64,000 bases of DNA from an uncultured Chloroflexia bacterium. GTDB taxonomy: Bacteria; Chloroflexota; Anaerolineae; CG2-30-64-16. Positions 61,696 to 64,000 of this stretch are shown here, in pieces (position 1 is the stretch's first letter; every line of letters starts with the position of its first letter). Under the pieces are notes generated by a model. The model was not told where the DNA came from, did not search any database, and was given only the letters and a program-made list of their open reading frames with translations. The DNA is taken from NCBI GenBank assembly GCA_963810095.1, contig CAWEMM010000009.1:32001-96000 (forward strand), given 5' to 3'. The position numbers and the translations under genes were made by a program.

Positions 61696-61920
61696 TTTGC
61701 CCGCTGCAACTCTTCAAACCGTCCCATTCAATACGACTCCCTTACGTCGGCTGGCGGCGTCATGTTAATGTGTGTATCAGGTCCAACGACACAACACGTT
61801 CACATCTTGTGGCAAACTAATGTCGCATGGCTGATCCAAGCTACCCACAAGCAGCGTATCTTCAGTTCAGAAAGCCGGTTGCAGCAAAAGGCAAGCTCAC
61901 ACGAAAAGGAGTAGCGTAAC

Positions 61921-62421
61921 ATGAAGATCATCCGACTGACCTTGCTGGTGGGGGTTGTCGCCGCGGTATTGGCGCTCGGGTTTGGGTCCGGGTTCGCGCG
62001 CGAGCCAAAGATCCTGGAGTTTGACAGCATGGTGGGGGTGCCGTCCACGCTGACAGGGGCTCAGAATCCGATTCGCGGCATCAACGGCGGTGGGCTGGCC
62101 TGGACACTCACCTCGGCCACCGGCGAACTGAAGCAGTCCGGTAAGCTGGAGATGGACGTGACGGGCCTCGTTTTCGCAGCAGGCCCCAACGTCGGCAAGA
62201 ACACGGTGACCAGTTTCAGGGCCATCGTGAGCTGCCTGGACGGCAGCGGTAACCCTGTCAACCGCATGACGAACGCGTTCCCCGCGACAACCGGCGCGGC
62301 GTCTGACGGGGGCGGGAATGCCAAGATTGAGGCCACGCTCGACCTGCCCACGCCGTGCATTGCGCCCATCATCTTCGTCACGAGCCCCGGCGGCGCCTGG
62401 TTCGCCGTAACCGGCCGGTAA
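61921..62421 (+). CDS. Secreted hypothetical protein
   Basis: AAGGAG RBS; signal peptide; IRGINGGGLAW; two Cys (VSC, PC); ends WFAVTG. Confidence 0.8.
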   Translation: MKIIRLTLLVGVVAAVLALGFGSGFAREPKILEFDSMVGVPSTLTGAQNPIRGINGGGLAWTLTSATGELKQSGKLEMDVTGLVFAAGPNVGKNTVTSFRAIVSCLDGSGNPVNRMTNAFPATTGAASDGGGNAKIEATLDLPTPCIAPIIFVTSPGGAWFAVTGR

Positions 62422-62430
62422 ACACGCGAG

Positions 62431-62466
62431 GGAGCGGCGAGGGTCTCATCGACGCCTCGCCGCTCC
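62431..62466. terminator. Stem-loop between convergent genes
   Basis: GGAGCGGCGAGG-N12-CCTCGCCGCTCC followed by TTCT. Confidence 0.6.
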
Positions 62467-62495
62467 TTCTCATGGATCGACAGGCAAAGGACCGG

Positions 62496-63650
62496 CTAAT
62501 TGCCGTAGGCGCCAAATTCGCGCACGGCCTCCCACATTGCGACCAGGTTCTCAGCCGGGACGTTGCCCTGAATGTTGTGGACCGTGTTGAATACGAAGCC
62601 GCCACCCGGCTTGAAATCCTCCACCCGACGCTTCACCTCAACCCGGACTTCGTCGGGCGTGCCCGTGCCCAGCACGCGCTGCGTGTCGACGCCGCCGCCC
62701 CAGAATACGATGTCCTTGCCAAACTCGCGCTTCAACTCTGCCGAATCCATCCCTGCCGCGCTGACCTGGACGGGATTGATGATGTCCACGCCCACCTCGA
62801 TCAGGTCCGGGATCAATTGGCGGATCGCGCCGCAGGAATGCATGAACACCTTGGCGTTCGAGTGGCTATGGATGAAGTCGCAGAGTTGCTTATGGATCGG
62901 CTTCAGCAGGCGCCGGTAACTGCGCGGGGAGATGAGCAAGCCCTTTTGCCCCGCAATGTCGTCGGCAATCTGGGCCACGTCGATCACGTCGCCGACTTCG
63001 CCGAGCCCCTTCTCGAGATACTGTAACTGCATTTCCAGGACTCGATCCATCAGCTTGACGGCGAGCGGCGAGCTTGTACCCCAGTCGGCATAGGCGTCCT
63101 CGTACCCGCGCAGCCAGGTCAACAGCTCAAATACGCCTGCCGACATGTTGCCGAAGACGACCGCCCGCTGCTCCACGTCTCGGATGTGGAGCGCCAGGTC
63201 GCGCAGGCCGGCGAACCGTGACGGATCGAGCGGATCGGGCAGGGCGTAGCCGGCGAGCCGCTCCTCATCGATAGCCCCCTTGAGCGGGTGGTCGAACATG
63301 TCATAGTACCACCCACCGTCTTTTGGCGAGCGCCACCCGATGTTGAACTCGTCATAGAACGCGGTGTACTCGCCCAGGTCCCGCACCTCGATCTTGAACG
63401 CGGCCGACGACCGTGGCGAGATGTTCTTGACGTCGACGCCCAGGCAGTCCATGACGTCGTCTTCGACGAGCGCCAGTTGCTGGATCATGTCGATGATCTT
63501 CGGTTCACGGGCGGGGAGGCCCAGCGCAGCCCGCAAGTTAGCGTACGCCTTGTAGTGAATGCCGGTGACCACCGTCCCGCCCATGTCGAACGGCACCCGA
63601 TCCCCTTCCCGGTGATTGATTGCGGCCAGCACCCGCTCACGTGAATTCAT
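62496..63650 (-). CDS. Uroporphyrinogen decarboxylase-like (URO-D/CIMS, MtaA/CmuA-like) protein
   Basis: MNSRERVLAAINHREGDRVPFD, ADDIAGQ, MHSCG, INPVQ, WGGGVDTQ, HNIQ. Confidence 0.92.
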   Translation of the reverse strand: MNSRERVLAAINHREGDRVPFDMGGTVVTGIHYKAYANLRAALGLPAREPKIIDMIQQLALVEDDVMDCLGVDVKNISPRSSAAFKIEVRDLGEYTAFYDEFNIGWRSPKDGGWYYDMFDHPLKGAIDEERLAGYALPDPLDPSRFAGLRDLALHIRDVEQRAVVFGNMSAGVFELLTWLRGYEDAYADWGTSSPLAVKLMDRVLEMQLQYLEKGLGEVGDVIDVAQIADDIAGQKGLLISPRSYRRLLKPIHKQLCDFIHSHSNAKVFMHSCGAIRQLIPDLIEVGVDIINPVQVSAAGMDSAELKREFGKDIVFWGGGVDTQRVLGTGTPDEVRVEVKRRVEDFKPGGGFVFNTVHNIQGNVPAENLVAMWEAVREFGAYGN

Positions 63651-63670
63651 ATTCGCCTCGACTAGAAGGA

Positions 63671-63723
63671 ATCCCCTCATCACCCACCCTCGCACAGACG
63701 ACGGGGATGGGTGATGAGGGGAT
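63671..63723 (-). other. 16-bp perfect inverted repeat after the binding-protein gene
   Basis: ATCCCCTCATCACCCA (63671-63686) pairs with TGGGTGATGAGGGGAT (63708-63723). Confidence 0.7.
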
Positions 63724-63734
63724 GAAACCGAGCC

Positions 63735-64000
63735 TTACTTGTGGTAGAAGAACTTCGCGTTGTCCTTGTTGATCACGATCGTGCCCGTGTCAACGGACTC
63801 CGGCATCGACGTGAGGCCGGCAGCCTTGTTGTCGGCAACAACCGGCACAGGTGCATGGTTCAGGTAGTACATGAACTTCGTGCCGAGGTAGCTCATCAGC
63901 GCGGTCTTCTGCGCCACCGAGCCCTGGATCACGCCGTCCTCGATGAACTTCAGCGTGCCATCGTCGCGGTCCATCGAGATGATCTTCAGCTTGCCGACGA
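63735..64000 (-). CDS. Sugar ABC transporter substrate-binding protein, C-terminal part
   Basis: KLKIISMDRDDGTLKFIEDGVIQGSVAQ...VDTGTIVINKDN; frame open to the window end. Confidence 0.8.
   Translation of the reverse strand, partial: VGKLKIISMDRDDGTLKFIEDGVIQGSVAQKTALMSYLGTKFMYYLNHAPVPVVADNKAAGLTSMPESVDTGTIVINKDNAKFFYHK

Noticed and set aside
61808-61900. GGCAAAC-containing leader as a c-di-GMP-I riboswitch
   Set aside because: Lacks the GAAA tetraloop stem and the following receptor stem.

Overview
GC-rich bacterial chromosome segment. Gene content and protein style suggest Chloroflexota/Anaerolineae (inference). It holds about 50 genes and I found no rRNA, tRNA, CRISPR array or recognisable transposase. 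From left to right: (1) 1-4.3 kb, a putative light/redox-stress island with a triple-FAS1 fasciclin lipoprotein, DoxX, a peroxiredoxin-like protein with in-frame UGA (U-P-F-C) and a Staygreen/TlpA chimeric relic; (2) LysR, TauE, DUF1634, lgt and small genes; (3) 11.8-35 kb, a glycan-utilisation locus with a LacI-sensor hybrid kinase/AraC regulator, an Opp-type ABC transporter, GH29-like, GH78, GH106-like, two DUF5703 proteins and a URO-D-like protein; (4) 35.4-38.5 kb, a DoxD-like/radical SAM/TIGR04282-type transferase/GT2 operon; (5) glucoamylase and glucose dehydrogenase facing a pyruvate oxidase/enolase-family/GMC operon; (6) SARP/BTAD and MalT-like regulators with probable targets. The best discovery candidates are two cryptic selenoproteins, each with an in-frame UGA followed by a GU-loop hairpin. 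The more novel one is a radical SAM enzyme that would end ...T-Sec-Gly-stop inside the glycosyltransferase operon. About a dozen genes carry single-base frameshifts that look like assembly indel errors. All family assignments come from motif recognition, not database searches.
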